A DNA stretch of 62,485 nt, the filler included, from Vermamoeba vermiformis (Eukaryota), in NCBI GenBank assembly GCA_045837725.1. It is 8 parts of 8 records of this genome, joined end to end, with 100 filler letters (N's around TTAATTAATTAA, not from the genome) between each part and the next. Parts side by side here need not be neighbours in the genome. Positions count along the whole stretch, not along the records: positions 59,405 to 62,485 come from JBEWZL010000271.1; 7 more parts are not named here. One strand, given 5' to 3'. The notes beneath the pieces were generated by a model. That model was not told where the DNA came from and ran no database searches. It worked only from the letters and a program-made list of their open reading frames with translations. This document shows, piece by piece, positions 62,386 through 62,485 of the stretch (position 1 is the first letter of the stretch; each line of letters opens with the position of its first letter). A program made the translations under genes and the position numbers.

Positions 62386-62485
62386 TGAAGCCGGCTAAGA
62401 CGAATAAACCTACGGAGAATCCATACAAAAATCGGCAGTCTTCGACGGCGGTTGTAGATCATCCATAATCACTGCTATACTCGAT
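62386..62485. mobile_element. Second copy of the candidate MITE (5' about 95 bp, cut by window end)
   Basis: Near-identical to 59701-59792. Confidence 0.55.

Overview
Eukaryotic nuclear DNA from a protist: short GT-AG introns of about 45-60 nt, TKL kinase expansions and TTAGGG telomeres. An amoebozoan-like source is my inference. The window is NOT contiguous. Eight contigs are joined by artificial 100-bp N/TTAATTAATTAA/N linkers: 1-5703, 5804-8931, 9032-28218, 28319-37159, 37260-45294, 45395-49300, 49401-59304 and 59405-62485. Most contigs carry ordinary lineage-expanded genes: kinase/GTPase fusions, a surface lipase, Cys-rich surface proteins, LRR-kinases, an SR protein, an ERI1-phosphatase fusion and several pseudogenes. 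The outstanding region is the telomere-terminated contig 9032-28218. It contains: (i) a 17-unit array with mostly 67/68-bp period, each unit ending in a covarying mini-hairpin plus CACAGAG; (ii) dispersed GC-rich composite repeats carrying the same motif; (iii) a free-standing, intron-containing His-Cys box (His-Me finger) endonuclease gene; (iv) four orphan genes; (v) three related, apparently non-coding multi-exon units with about 70-105-nt hairpin-rich exons and intact introns, into which decayed fragments of other genes (RNA Pol I subunit RPA2, an ABCA transporter) are spliced as exons. All gene models were derived by eye and no database search was run.
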